Shown here: positions 20,901-28,824 of the stretch, one piece after another
How positions within the stretch are numbered: position 1 is the stretch's first letter
Layout of the letters: every line of letters starts with the position of its first letter
Program-made: the position numbers and the translations under genes
Notes under the pieces: model-generated
What the model was told of the DNA's origin: nothing
What the model saw: only the letters and a program-made list of their open reading frames with translations
Databases searched by the model: none
Source of the DNA: Planctomycetota bacterium
GTDB taxonomy: Bacteria > Planctomycetota > PLA2 > JAEUHO01
Direction of reading: 5' to 3'
Length of the DNA: 64,000 nucleotides
Assembly (NCBI GenBank): GCA_965223505.1
Contig: CBDCWP010000021.1
Span: 224,001 to 288,000, forward strand

Positions 20901-23128
20901 ACCGGGCGGTCGGTGTAGACGTACGCCTTGCTGCGGAACCCGGCACGGTCGACCTGCGGACCGAGCTTCACGGCCGTGGTCGCGGCGCCGACCTTGCTGA
21001 GAACCAGCACGTGCCCGTTCGCCGTGCCCTTCGTGCCCTGCCAGACGCCGTCCTTGCCCGTGACGCCCACCTCGCCGCTGCCGGCGACGAGCACGCGCGC
21101 TCCCTCGACCGGCGCCTGGGTCTTGCGGTCGAACGCCCAGACGAGGAGGTGGCGGAGACGCGAACGCTTGACGACGCACTCGATGTCGCTCACGAGGAAG
21201 AGCGTCGTCGAAGTGAGGTCGTCGTCCCCGATCACGACCACGTACGCGCCGGCCTCCTCCACGGGCAGCTTCCGGTCCGCCGCGACGAGCTCGAAGGGCT
21301 TGTAGTCGTCGAACGTCCACTCGGTCGTCCAGTCGGGCTTGACGATCTCTAGCTGCAGGTTCTGCACGCCGTCGACGGTGCCTTTGCGCAAGAAGTACTC
21401 TTCGATCCCGAGCCGGTAGACGCGCACGCGCAACGACTCGATGTTGCGGGTCGTGACCTTGATGACGGCCGGCTCCTCCGTCCCGATGACGCGCTCGGCT
21501 TGCACCTCGAGATGCTTCGCGCGCAGCCGTTCCAGACGCTGCCGGGCCTCTCCGGCCTCCGAGGAGCCGGGGTACTTCTTGATGAGATCCTCGTACGCCT
21601 CGATCGCGTCCGCGAGCTGATGGAGATCGTCCTCGTACGTCTTGGCCAGCAGGATCGCGGCCAGGGGGGCCACCGTGGACTTCGCATAGCGTCCCAGCAC
21701 GCCGCGCCAGATCGCGATCGCGCCGTTGAAGTCCTTGCGCTCGTTCAGCGCCATGCCGGCGCGAATCAACGAGGCCGGCGCCCGGCTGTCGGTCGGGTAG
21801 GTCTCGGCGAACGCGCGCCACGCCTCGATGGCGCCTACGACGTCGTCCTCTTCCTTGAGGTGCGCGCCCTTGGCGAACGCCGCGTCGACGATGGAGGATC
21901 GAACCTGCTTCCAGAGCGCGTGGTTCGGGTGGGCGGCCAGAAAACGGTTCCACTCCTTGATGGCCTCGTCATGCGCGCCGGCACGCAGCAGCATCTGCGC
22001 GGCGCTGTGACGCGCCTGGGGAACGAAGTCATCGTTCGGGAAGCGCTCGACGAGCGATCGGTACTCCGCCGCCGCCTGTTCGCTCTGTCCCCGGAGCATG
22101 TACGCCTCGGCGAGGTGCTTCTGGGCCTCCACGGCCTTCGGATCGTTGCGGTGCTCGAGGATCGCGCGCTTGTACCAGTCCACGCCCTCCTGGAACGTCG
22201 CGTTGTCGCCGCCACTGAGGGCCGCATGCAGGCGCTCCTTGCCGAGCAGCAGCAGGATCTCCATGTGCAGCTTGCCCTTGGGGAAACGCTCCAGCGCGAC
22301 CGTCAGGTCGTCGCGCCCGAGCGCGCCCTGACCGCTGTTCACGCGCGCGCGACCACGGCCGACGAGCCAGCGCTCGTGCGCCGTGAGGTTGAACGCTTCG
22401 CCCGCACGCTTGACGCCGGGCTCGATCTCGGCGCCGTACCTCTTGACGTCTTCGAGGCCCCAGCGCGCAAGGAGCGTGTTCCACGTGTTGGCGGCGGCGG
22501 CGTGCTGACCCAGCTCCTCTTGGATCATCGCCATGCGCTCGTAGATGCGATTGACGTGCTCGGGCGGCGCGCCGACCTGGAGGGCGCGCTGATAGCTCTG
22601 GAACGCGCGCTGGACGTCGCGCTTCTTGATCGTCCGTCCGAGATCGTCCTGCGTCTCGACACCGTCGAAGTCGGCGTCCGCGAGCTCGAGGTGCAACGCA
22701 CCGATCCGGGCGCGCGCCTGCGGTGCCGTGGAATCGTCGCTCAGCTGCTTCAGCAGCGCCGCCGCCTTGCCGGGATCGCCGAGCTTCTCGTACGCCTTGG
22801 CCGCGGTGTGCCGCATCCGCCCGGCCCACGCGTCTTGACCGTTGACCGCGAGGAAGTCGCTCGTCGCGGCCAGCGCGCCGCGCGCGTCGTCGGCGTTGAG
22901 CAGGGCTCGCGCTTCCAGCACCCACGCCTCGGCGGCCTGCGACGTCTTGGGGTGTGCGTCGCGAAACGCGCGCAGCGCCTTCGCGGCGTCCGCCCACTTG
23001 CCGTCGCGCAGGGGTTCCTGCGCCTTTCGAAGCGCCAGACGTACGTCGGCGTCGTCGTCCGCGGACGCGCTCAGTGAGACGCAAAGAACCAGGGCGGTGA
23101 CTACGAACCAAAGGGGGCGGCGCAACAT
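14960..23128 (-). CDS. Giant TPR-extended alpha-2-macroglobulin family protein (2722 aa)
   Basis: Signal peptide; TPR arrays; YTDRPVYRPGQ, EYRKPEF, LALVDE, RKRFADTAGW, LPDNLTTW; thioester motif PYGCVEQ; EDPIPAGFE. Confidence 0.95.
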   Translation of the reverse strand: MLRRPLWFVVTALVLCVSLSASADDDADVRLALRKAQEPLRDGKWADAAKALRAFRDAHPKTSQAAEAWVLEARALLNADDARGALAATSDFLAVNGQDAWAGRMRHTAAKAYEKLGDPGKAAALLKQLSDDSTAPQARARIGALHLELADADFDGVETQDDLGRTIKKRDVQRAFQSYQRALQVGAPPEHVNRIYERMAMIQEELGQHAAAANTWNTLLARWGLEDVKRYGAEIEPGVKRAGEAFNLTAHERWLVGRGRARVNSGQGALGRDDLTVALERFPKGKLHMEILLLLGKERLHAALSGGDNATFQEGVDWYKRAILEHRNDPKAVEAQKHLAEAYMLRGQSEQAAAEYRSLVERFPNDDFVPQARHSAAQMLLRAGAHDEAIKEWNRFLAAHPNHALWKQVRSSIVDAAFAKGAHLKEEDDVVGAIEAWRAFAETYPTDSRAPASLIRAGMALNERKDFNGAIAIWRGVLGRYAKSTVAPLAAILLAKTYEDDLHQLADAIEAYEDLIKKYPGSSEAGEARQRLERLRAKHLEVQAERVIGTEEPAVIKVTTRNIESLRVRVYRLGIEEYFLRKGTVDGVQNLQLEIVKPDWTTEWTFDDYKPFELVAADRKLPVEEAGAYVVVIGDDDLTSTTLFLVSDIECVVKRSRLRHLLVWAFDRKTQAPVEGARVLVAGSGEVGVTGKDGVWQGTKGTANGHVLVLSKVGAATTAVKLGPQVDRAGFRSKAYVYTDRPVYRPGQEVSWRAIFLAGTGGGYTNGGKHAADMKVFDARGQEVRSERVTSTAFGSFSGSFALDGAAPLGDWRVQIAVKGHGTWSGTFGVQEYRKPEFTIRVEPQQPVYLTGEKVEATLRMEYAFGGPVVDAPVRYEVYRMPRTFSASGAEDYSWYFKDDRPKPERRTSTQNAVLVLRGEARTDDGGVTRIAFDTKVQDQDAEYVVQASAQDVTRRWISDQGRIPVTRGDHMAVVKADRKVYRPKQEMKIEVRTVDARERPVARSGSVVLLRLRRSEVATDVKGPPRGRPVVVRDEEIEEASYALTTGNDGRAELKLRVPRPGRWRLRWKADGGRGTLVMAHTDVEASGEAEDPSKHARLVAARTLYREGENAELLIHSPVTGVRALLTYEGEQVLDYRILRLDGTSTLVALPVEGKHAPNVYFKIAVPGKDALLEADTEIVVLRHLDVSVNVATATAVPGEEIEVELVTRDANGNPVAAEVGLALVDETVYAVARDRADPIRPYFYDKRRVNAVMTASSLGSRFYGTTRETSKDLLADAAARQGNAKAVYAQSAIRLARESIRRGDVGQAVAQAQRAMQADPGSWDARALLSELRARPEAAKFFAFQGKDRAGVEAEKAMDALERLEGAADGMARRARPSFGDFEVDSPRKSGKPGSGGGGGRYRAPTGAVAPGMREPADKAPPAPPSADAKLDAYASKNKKGSFAGERQEGLRLLEEAHFARSAAVRNVALPDGWVGDIAARRLQEGFGLQGFGSFEVRKRFADTAGWFPAVETDENGKATVKVKLPDNLTTWRAVAHGVSKDALVGAGRGGVVARRDVLVRVDTPRFLTQTDALTIPTVVHNNTGRALDVEVRVEATGIDLSGDDETLKIGNGMRGVSDRAFAAKDPGSVEIKATALSDGGGDAVELTFPTQARGLKVQDARSGVVDTTIGALQETFLDVPENVIPGTNRLFIALYPGVEEALLDALLYLDVFPYGCVEQSVHRFLPAIQARNALRAAGSPAAEKMRQLDEAIRRGADRIRNLQNDDGSFGWFGRGQGDLAMTGYALRGLVAARANGVRGLDRSITMASNAIVQMLPKGTEDARALGHLALAESGQMQRDGYATTFRRRSDDLSVTGLAWMTMAAKRLGRGFDVEELVRVLLQRRVEKDGLTHWAGRKGDCFVGSDREATGVAVEALIRAKSASEHVERGVNWLLANQSRRGLGSTKDAAAFVGAASAYVGEGHGQGFGGTVEVLLDGKVLRTVQTAAAPMKYVDRRFEIEEADALRTGRHRLAFRLRGQGRLNWTARLESVVASETLPADEHGLRVERSYMRPEEAPIEGQPPRVKPGYTILRPAARPKVEPQELDAVASGDKVLVRLKLHASRELEYVLIEDPIPAGFEVLADTSKGRFDWQERRDNRHVFFCSKLPKGAYVLEYVLQATHLGSFTALGTTAFGMYAPEFHGRAAGRSIRVLTPDDARRPDVERPPTPDELYDRAKTLFGAKQHADARRIFESLRKEQPLRDQIIVEIEGFLLRIAIATEDAKATVRAREELVRRDPGRIPNDLDTQRAIAGAYHAIDEFEVANGLYRNLVARGFALESDWSSTLTQRGREVEGLDRLGMVLRGYPISNATARAAFARAQRYQELKRPAGRPGGEEGRPMDAETLNALWAMTAHFADTPMAAPASYALIDALRRSGNATGAAANAEAFLRRFPKSHFVDDSWYFLADSRYQTFESDPSEEAAAAVREAAEALVNQKFVHVGGAQAYSEFRGRAYHVLARMYHVLGDLDQAIAMYRKAGNLEDAREALAFLTEKRFSIDETVTAPLADGTSFTVRYRNMDEVELKAYPVDLQVLFAVRKTLVDLHKVDLSGIVPAHQWTVALKDGKDHAAHDADVVLPVKGKAPGVWLVVAKAGDHEASTVVIKTDLRVVLQRVGNKVRVYVTGADGLPVRGAYVTVSDGKSIRARGVTDGRGVFEAPGVGATPSVVVSKGDRYAIAR

Positions 23129-23242
23129 CGAATCTCTCCCGGCGCGGAGCGCCGTGCGAACCGGCGCCCTCTCGACAGCACCGTACCTCCGGAGGCGTCA
23201 CGGGTCAGTGGGCAGCGGGGGTACGGTTCCTCGTGCGCAGCT

Positions 23243-24985
23243 TTGGACACACCGCGCCGGGGGTGGTTCCATTCGGGGCCTGTGAAGAACTGGCGACTCC
23301 CGCCCCGCGCGCTGCTCAACGTCCTGGGGGCGGGCGCGGTGCTGCGTGTCGTCGACCTGGGCACGCACTCGCTGTGGCTCGACGAGGGAGCGACCTGGTC
23401 CTGGGCCGTGCGGCCGACCTGGGGCGGCACCATCCTGGCCGAAGCCAACCATCCGCCTGCCTGGTGGATCGTCACCCGCGTCTGGCTCGATTGGTTCGGC
23501 GAGTCGGAATGGTCGTTGCGGGCACCGGCGGCGATTCTCGGCATCGCGACGATGTGGCTCGCCTACCAGCTCGGTCTGCGACTGCTGGATCCGACGCGGC
23601 AGCCGCGGCGCGGCGGCTTCGCCCGCGACGGCGACGTGCACAAGGGACGGCGCCTGGCCATGTGGTTCGCCGGCTTCGTCGCCGGATCGACGTACGTGAT
23701 CGAGTACTGCCAGGACGCGCGCATGTACGCCGCGCTCCTGGCCGAGGCGCTCGGGCTGAGCCTGCTGTACCTGCGCTGGCTCGATCGCGGCACGCGCGGT
23801 CCGTTGGTCGGCTATGCGCTCCTGGGCGGGCTGGCCTTGTACACGCAGTACTTCGCGGTGTGGATCATCGCAGGTCACGGTGCGCACGCGCTGTGGCTCT
23901 GGTGGCAGGGGCGCACGAGCGGCGAGCGGTTCGACCCGCGACCGTTCATCCTGTCCGTGGTTTGCGCCGGCGTGTTGTTCATCCCGTGGTTCGTCTTCAT
24001 GCTGCGCAACTACGAAGGCATCTCGACGGGCGACCCGTTCGATCCCTTCAGCCGTCTCGGCTACATCTTGTGGCGCATCGGCGCGGGGCCGGGCCTCGTC
24101 GTCGTCGACCGCACACGCCTCGACGAAGGCATCGGCGCCGTGGTTGCGGAGGAGAGCACCATCGTCGCGGTGACGTCGCTGCTCTGGTTCACACCGCTCC
24201 TGTTCGGCGCATGGCGATTGCGCCGCATGCCGGGCATCGGGAGCTTCGTTGCCGCGAACGTCTTCGTGCCGATCGCGCTCGTGTTGCTGGTCTTCGTCAA
24301 GTTCCCGCTGATGCACGAGCGCTACATGTTGTTCCTCGCGCCGTGGCTGTTGTTGACCGCGACGATCGGCGCGCTGCGGGCCCCGGGCGCGCTGAAGGTC
24401 GTCCTGACGACGGGCCTGACCGCGCTGTCCGTCGCCGGGCTCGTGGCGTTCTTCGGCGCGCCGGCGTACTTCGTCGGAATCGGCAACGGCGGCACGCTCG
24501 ACGGCAAGGAGCTGCCGCAGGTCTACGGAACCGACCCCGATCACGCGCTCACGTTCCTGCACCACGGACACCCGTACGGCAAGGAACCCTGGCGACAGGC
24601 GCGGCAGTTCATCTTGGAGCGGTCCCTAGCCGACGCCGAAGCGCCCGAGGGGCGCGGCGATCTCGTGTTCTTGCACCCCGAGTACCTGCACCTGGTCTGG
24701 GACTTCTACGACCGGCGCCGCCTCGCTCGCATCCTGCTGCCGCGCGAGGCGATCTCCGCGGTGGAGATCCGCGAGCGCTACGGCGATCAGATCGCAGGCC
24801 GGCGGCGCATCTTCCTGATCCTCGCGCACGAAGAGACCGACGACCCGAACGCGTACTACGTGGAAGTGGGCAAGGCCGTGCGGCGCGTCTGGCTCGCGGA
24901 GCGCATGACGGGCATCGAGCAATTCGCGCCGATCCTCTTCGATCGCTCGTGGGGTGTGCGTGTCGCGATCTTCAACCGCAAGTAG
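23243..24985 (+). CDS. GT-C membrane glycosyltransferase (family 39/ArnT-like)
   Basis: SLWLDE, NHPP, SEWSLR, QDARMYA; many TM segments; start uncertain. Confidence 0.85.
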   Translation: MDTPRRGWFHSGPVKNWRLPPRALLNVLGAGAVLRVVDLGTHSLWLDEGATWSWAVRPTWGGTILAEANHPPAWWIVTRVWLDWFGESEWSLRAPAAILGIATMWLAYQLGLRLLDPTRQPRRGGFARDGDVHKGRRLAMWFAGFVAGSTYVIEYCQDARMYAALLAEALGLSLLYLRWLDRGTRGPLVGYALLGGLALYTQYFAVWIIAGHGAHALWLWWQGRTSGERFDPRPFILSVVCAGVLFIPWFVFMLRNYEGISTGDPFDPFSRLGYILWRIGAGPGLVVVDRTRLDEGIGAVVAEESTIVAVTSLLWFTPLLFGAWRLRRMPGIGSFVAANVFVPIALVLLVFVKFPLMHERYMLFLAPWLLLTATIGALRAPGALKVVLTTGLTALSVAGLVAFFGAPAYFVGIGNGGTLDGKELPQVYGTDPDHALTFLHHGHPYGKEPWRQARQFILERSLADAEAPEGRGDLVFLHPEYLHLVWDFYDRRRLARILLPREAISAVEIRERYGDQIAGRRRIFLILAHEETDDPNAYYVEVGKAVRRVWLAERMTGIEQFAPILFDRSWGVRVAIFNRK

Positions 24986-24997
24986 ACTGCGCGGCCC

Positions 24998-26146
24998 ATG
25001 GCTGCACGCAAGAAGAAGAAGCGCATCGCGATCCTGACCGGCGGCGGGGATTGCCCCGGGCTCAACGCGGTGATTCGCGCCGTCGTGAAGACTGCGCAAA
25101 ACGTCCACGGCTGGGAGGTCTACGGCGTTCGCAACGGCGTCGAGGGATTCCTCGAGCCCCACGGCCGCGGCGTTCAGCGGCTCTCGCGTTCCGAGGTCGC
25201 GGGCATCTTGCCGCGCGGCGGCACCATCATCGGCGCGAGCAACCGCTGCGACATCTTCGCGGTGAAACGCGGGAACCGCGTCGTGGACGAGTCGGGGCGC
25301 ATCAAGCAGATCTTCGAGCGCAAGGGCATCTCGGCGTTGATCACCGTCGGCGGGGACGGCACGCAACGCATGGCGCTCGCGTTCCACAAGAAAGGCATCA
25401 AAGTGGTGGGCGTGCCCAAGACGATCGACAACGATCTGAACGGAACGGATCGCACCTTCGGCTTCGACACGGCCGTGGGCGTCGTGAGTGAGGCCATCGA
25501 TCGCTTGTACACGACGGCCGCCAGCCATCACCGCGTCATCTGCGTCGAGGTCATGGGACGCAACAGCGGGTTCATCGCGTTGCACGGAGGCATGGCAGGC
25601 GGCGCCGAGGTGATCCTGATTCCGGAGATCCCGTACGACCCCGACCGCGTGGCCGCCGCCGTGACGTCGCGCAGTCGCCACGGTCGCGGCTACTCGATCA
25701 TCACCGTCGCCGAAGGCGCCCAACGGCCCGACGGCGAGCTCGTGTATCGCGAGACGCTGGACGACGCGCCCAAACAACGTCTGGGCGGCGTCTCGTTCCA
25801 GGTCACCGAGGAGATCCGCGAGCGAACCGAAGCCCAGGTGCGCAACGTCGTGCTCGGACACACCCAACGCGGCGGCAGTCCGAGCTCGTACGACCGCGTC
25901 TTGGCCTCCGGCATGGGTCGCCATGCCGTCCAGCTGATCGCGGAACGCAAGTTCGGCGAGATGGTCGCGCTGCACGGAACGAAGCTCACGTCCGTTTCGA
26001 TCGAACGCGCCGTTCGCCGCGTCAAGAAGGTCGACCCCAAAGGGCAGCTCGTGCGCGCGGCGCGCGACTTGGGGATATCCTTCGCGGCAGCCGACGGTTC
26101 CGACGATCGTCCGGCCGCGACCCGGCACCGCCACGGCGCCCCGTAA
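24998..26146 (+). CDS. pfkA: 6-phosphofructokinase (GGDG signature, probably ATP-dependent)
   Basis: TGGGDCPGLN, GGDGT, PKTIDND, EVMGR, LGHTQRGG. Confidence 0.96.
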   Translation: MAARKKKKRIAILTGGGDCPGLNAVIRAVVKTAQNVHGWEVYGVRNGVEGFLEPHGRGVQRLSRSEVAGILPRGGTIIGASNRCDIFAVKRGNRVVDESGRIKQIFERKGISALITVGGDGTQRMALAFHKKGIKVVGVPKTIDNDLNGTDRTFGFDTAVGVVSEAIDRLYTTAASHHRVICVEVMGRNSGFIALHGGMAGGAEVILIPEIPYDPDRVAAAVTSRSRHGRGYSIITVAEGAQRPDGELVYRETLDDAPKQRLGGVSFQVTEEIRERTEAQVRNVVLGHTQRGGSPSSYDRVLASGMGRHAVQLIAERKFGEMVALHGTKLTSVSIERAVRRVKKVDPKGQLVRAARDLGISFAAADGSDDRPAATRHRHGAP

Positions 26147-26156
26147 CGGACTCCCC

Positions 26157-27014
26157 ATGAGCGACGATCGCCGCATCGACCTGCACGCGCACACGGTTCA
26201 CTCCGACGGCACCATGACGCCGACGGAGCTGGTCGAGCACGCGGCCGAGATCGGGCTCATCGCGTTGGCGGTGACGGACCACGACACGACGACGGCGTTG
26301 GGAGAAGCCCGTGCGGCGGGACAGGCCGTGGGTGTGGAGGTCCTCAACGGCTGCGAGGTCTCCTGCGCGATCCCGAGCGGGATCGTCCACGTCCTCACGT
26401 ACGGTTTCGACGAGACGGACGAGGCCTTCCAGGCATTGCTGGTCGGCGTGCGCGAGAGCCGCAACGAACGCAACCGCCGCATCCTCGCGAAGCTCGAAGC
26501 GCTCAGGGTGCCGCTCACGCTCGACGACGTGTGCGCGCAAGCATTCGGCCGCGTCGTCGCGCGCCCGCACTTCGCCGCGGCGATGGTGAAGCGCGGCTAC
26601 GTCGACGACGTACGAGAAGCGTTTCGTCTCTACCTGCACGACCAGGGGCCGGCTTACAGCGTCGCGGAGATGCCGCCGCCCGAGGACGCAATCCGCGCGG
26701 CGGCCGGCGCGGGCGGCATCAGCGTCATCGCGCATCCGCGGCAGCTTCGTTTGGGCAGCAAGGGCGCGTACCGGCGACTCTTCCGGCGCCTGAAGGACGT
26801 GGGGCTTTGCGGGATCGAAGTCGACCATCCGAGCCACAAGCCCGAGCACCGCACGATGTTCCAGGCGCTCGCGGACGAGCTCGACCTGGTGGCCTCCGGC
26901 GGCAGCGACTTCCACGGCACGGCCAAGCCGCACATTCGGCTCGGGATCGGCGACGGGACGATTCACGTGACGTACGACACCTGGACCCGACTGCGAGCGC
27001 GACGCGCGGCGTAG
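26157..27014 (+). CDS. PHP-domain phosphoesterase (YciV/TrpH-like)
   Basis: DLHAHTVHSDG, TDHD, AHP, GGSDFHG. Confidence 0.92.
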   Translation: MSDDRRIDLHAHTVHSDGTMTPTELVEHAAEIGLIALAVTDHDTTTALGEARAAGQAVGVEVLNGCEVSCAIPSGIVHVLTYGFDETDEAFQALLVGVRESRNERNRRILAKLEALRVPLTLDDVCAQAFGRVVARPHFAAAMVKRGYVDDVREAFRLYLHDQGPAYSVAEMPPPEDAIRAAAGAGGISVIAHPRQLRLGSKGAYRRLFRRLKDVGLCGIEVDHPSHKPEHRTMFQALADELDLVASGGSDFHGTAKPHIRLGIGDGTIHVTYDTWTRLRARRAA

Positions 27015-27016
27015 GC

Positions 27017-27868
27017 ATGGCCACCGAACAACCCACGCTGCCGAATCCGCCGTTGCTCTTTCGGATCCTGCCGCGGCGGGGTCTGTCGCAGACGATGGGC
27101 TTCCTGGCGCGTCTCTACGTTCCGATCCTGTTGTGGCCCGTGTTGCTCGTGTACTCGTGGATCTACGGCGTGAAGTTCAAGGAGATGGACCGGCCCTTGT
27201 GGCGCTACATCCGCTTCGTCGACTTCTTCACGCGTCGTTTGAAGCCGGGCCTGCGGCCGCAACCCGACGATCCCAAGGCGATCTCGAGTCCCGCGGACGG
27301 CAAGGTGCACCACGCGGGCACGATCGAGCGCGCCACGCTGCTGCAAGTGAAGGGTTTCCGCTACGACGTCGCGGACCTCCTGGGTTCGGACGACGATGCG
27401 AAGCCGTTCCGGCGCGGCACCTACTCGGTCATCTACCTCGCGCCGGGCGACTACCACCGCTACCACTGGCCGTTCGATGTGACCGTGAAGCGCGTGCGGC
27501 ACATCCCGGGCGACTTGTGGCCGGTGAACGAGAGGGCGCTCGCGACCGTGCCGCGGCTGTTCGCGCGCAACGAGCGTCTGGTCGTACTCGGCGAGACGAA
27601 CGGAAAGGCGTTCGCCTTCGTGCCGGTGGGAGCGCTGAACGTCGGATCGATGCGGCTCTTCTTTCACGACGTGCGCACGAACCACCGCAAGCTGAAGGAC
27701 GTACGCGCGTGGGACCTCGACGTGACCGCGCGCCGCGGTGACGAGTGCGGTTGCTTCGAGCTCGGGTCCACGATCGTGCTCTTGCTGGAGGAGGGCGCCG
27801 GCTCCCTCGATGCCCTCGAACCGCGCACGGTGCTACAGGTCGGCGAGTCGATCGGGACGTTAGCTTAG
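27017..27868 (+). CDS. psd: Phosphatidylserine decarboxylase
   Basis: FFTRRLKPG, SPADG, YLAPGDYHRYH, VGALNVGS, LGST autocleavage motif. Confidence 0.95.
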   Translation: MATEQPTLPNPPLLFRILPRRGLSQTMGFLARLYVPILLWPVLLVYSWIYGVKFKEMDRPLWRYIRFVDFFTRRLKPGLRPQPDDPKAISSPADGKVHHAGTIERATLLQVKGFRYDVADLLGSDDDAKPFRRGTYSVIYLAPGDYHRYHWPFDVTVKRVRHIPGDLWPVNERALATVPRLFARNERLVVLGETNGKAFAFVPVGALNVGSMRLFFHDVRTNHRKLKDVRAWDLDVTARRGDECGCFELGSTIVLLLEEGAGSLDALEPRTVLQVGESIGTLA

Positions 27869-28687
27869 GTCGATAGAGATGGAGTGTTCTTGCGCGCGCC
27901 CCACGGTGACGTCGGCGTCCCCCACGCCCAGCTTCGGGTGATACGCGGAGAAGCGGTACGTACCGACCGGCAACCCGCGCACGACGAAGTGCCCGCGCCG
28001 GCCGACCTCGTGTGACGTCAGATGGCGCGGCACGTGACCGGGCTCGTCGAGGCGTCGCCACGACACGATCGCCGGCGGTCCGTCGTCGTCGACCCCGTTC
28101 ACCGTGCCGTCGACCGTCGCGCCCTCGGCCGCGAACAGGATCTCGACCTCCGGTGCCGGGCGTGTGTTCTTCACATCGATGCCGTGAACTTGCACGGGCA
28201 GATACGGGCCACCCCACACGGTCAGCCGGTAGCGGCCCGGCCGGATGCTCCAAAGCAGCAGCCGCCGCTTGAGCATGGTGCCGATGTGCTCGCGCACACG
28301 CTTCACCGGTGTCTCGCGTTCGAGAACGATGTGCGTGAGGTCCGGCAAGTCCTTGCCTTCCGGCACCTTCAGAGCGATCAGGATGCCCTGCGGACGGGCG
28401 AGCTTGACCTGCAGCTGATCGGTCCCGACCGGCACCGCCAACGTACGAGCCTTCACGCGGCCGAGAATGAACCGCAGGTCATAGCGGCCCTGCGCGGCGA
28501 GGCCCTGGACGACGAACCGCCCGTCGCCGTCGGTCATGACGGGCAGCAGGTCGAGATCGCCGCCGCCCGACGTGGCGGCCTCCACGCGCACGCCCGTGAG
28601 CGGCACGTCCTGGAAGTCGGTCACGAAGCCGGCGATCTGCTGTCCCTCGATCGGCGGCGGTCCGGTGGAGAGGTCACTCGTCGTCAT
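27860..28687 (-). CDS. Carboxypeptidase-regulatory-like (beta-sandwich) domain protein
   Basis: GFVTD..PLTGVRV, TDGDGRFVVQGL, GHFVVRGLPVGTY; no obvious signal peptide. Confidence 0.7.
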   Translation of the reverse strand: MTTSDLSTGPPPIEGQQIAGFVTDFQDVPLTGVRVEAATSGGGDLDLLPVMTDGDGRFVVQGLAAQGRYDLRFILGRVKARTLAVPVGTDQLQVKLARPQGILIALKVPEGKDLPDLTHIVLERETPVKRVREHIGTMLKRRLLLWSIRPGRYRLTVWGGPYLPVQVHGIDVKNTRPAPEVEILFAAEGATVDGTVNGVDDDGPPAIVSWRRLDEPGHVPRHLTSHEVGRRGHFVVRGLPVGTYRFSAYHPKLGVGDADVTVGRAQEHSISIDLS

Positions 28688-28722
28688 CCGCTCCTCAGCA
28701 TACGCAGGAGCGCGCCGCCCAT

Positions 28723-28783
28723 GTAGGCCGACTTCCGTGCGCGAGGCGCCGGAGCGCGGGCGGGCAACAAGGCACGCCCCTAC
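28723..28783. repeat. Degenerate GTAG...CTAC REP-like element
   Basis: GTAGGCCG... and GGGCGGGCAACAAGGCACGCCCCTAC between divergent genes. Confidence 0.5.
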
Positions 28784-28824
28784 CTCTTTCGCCGTAGCAT
28801 GTTCCGCCCGCTGCGGAGCACGCC

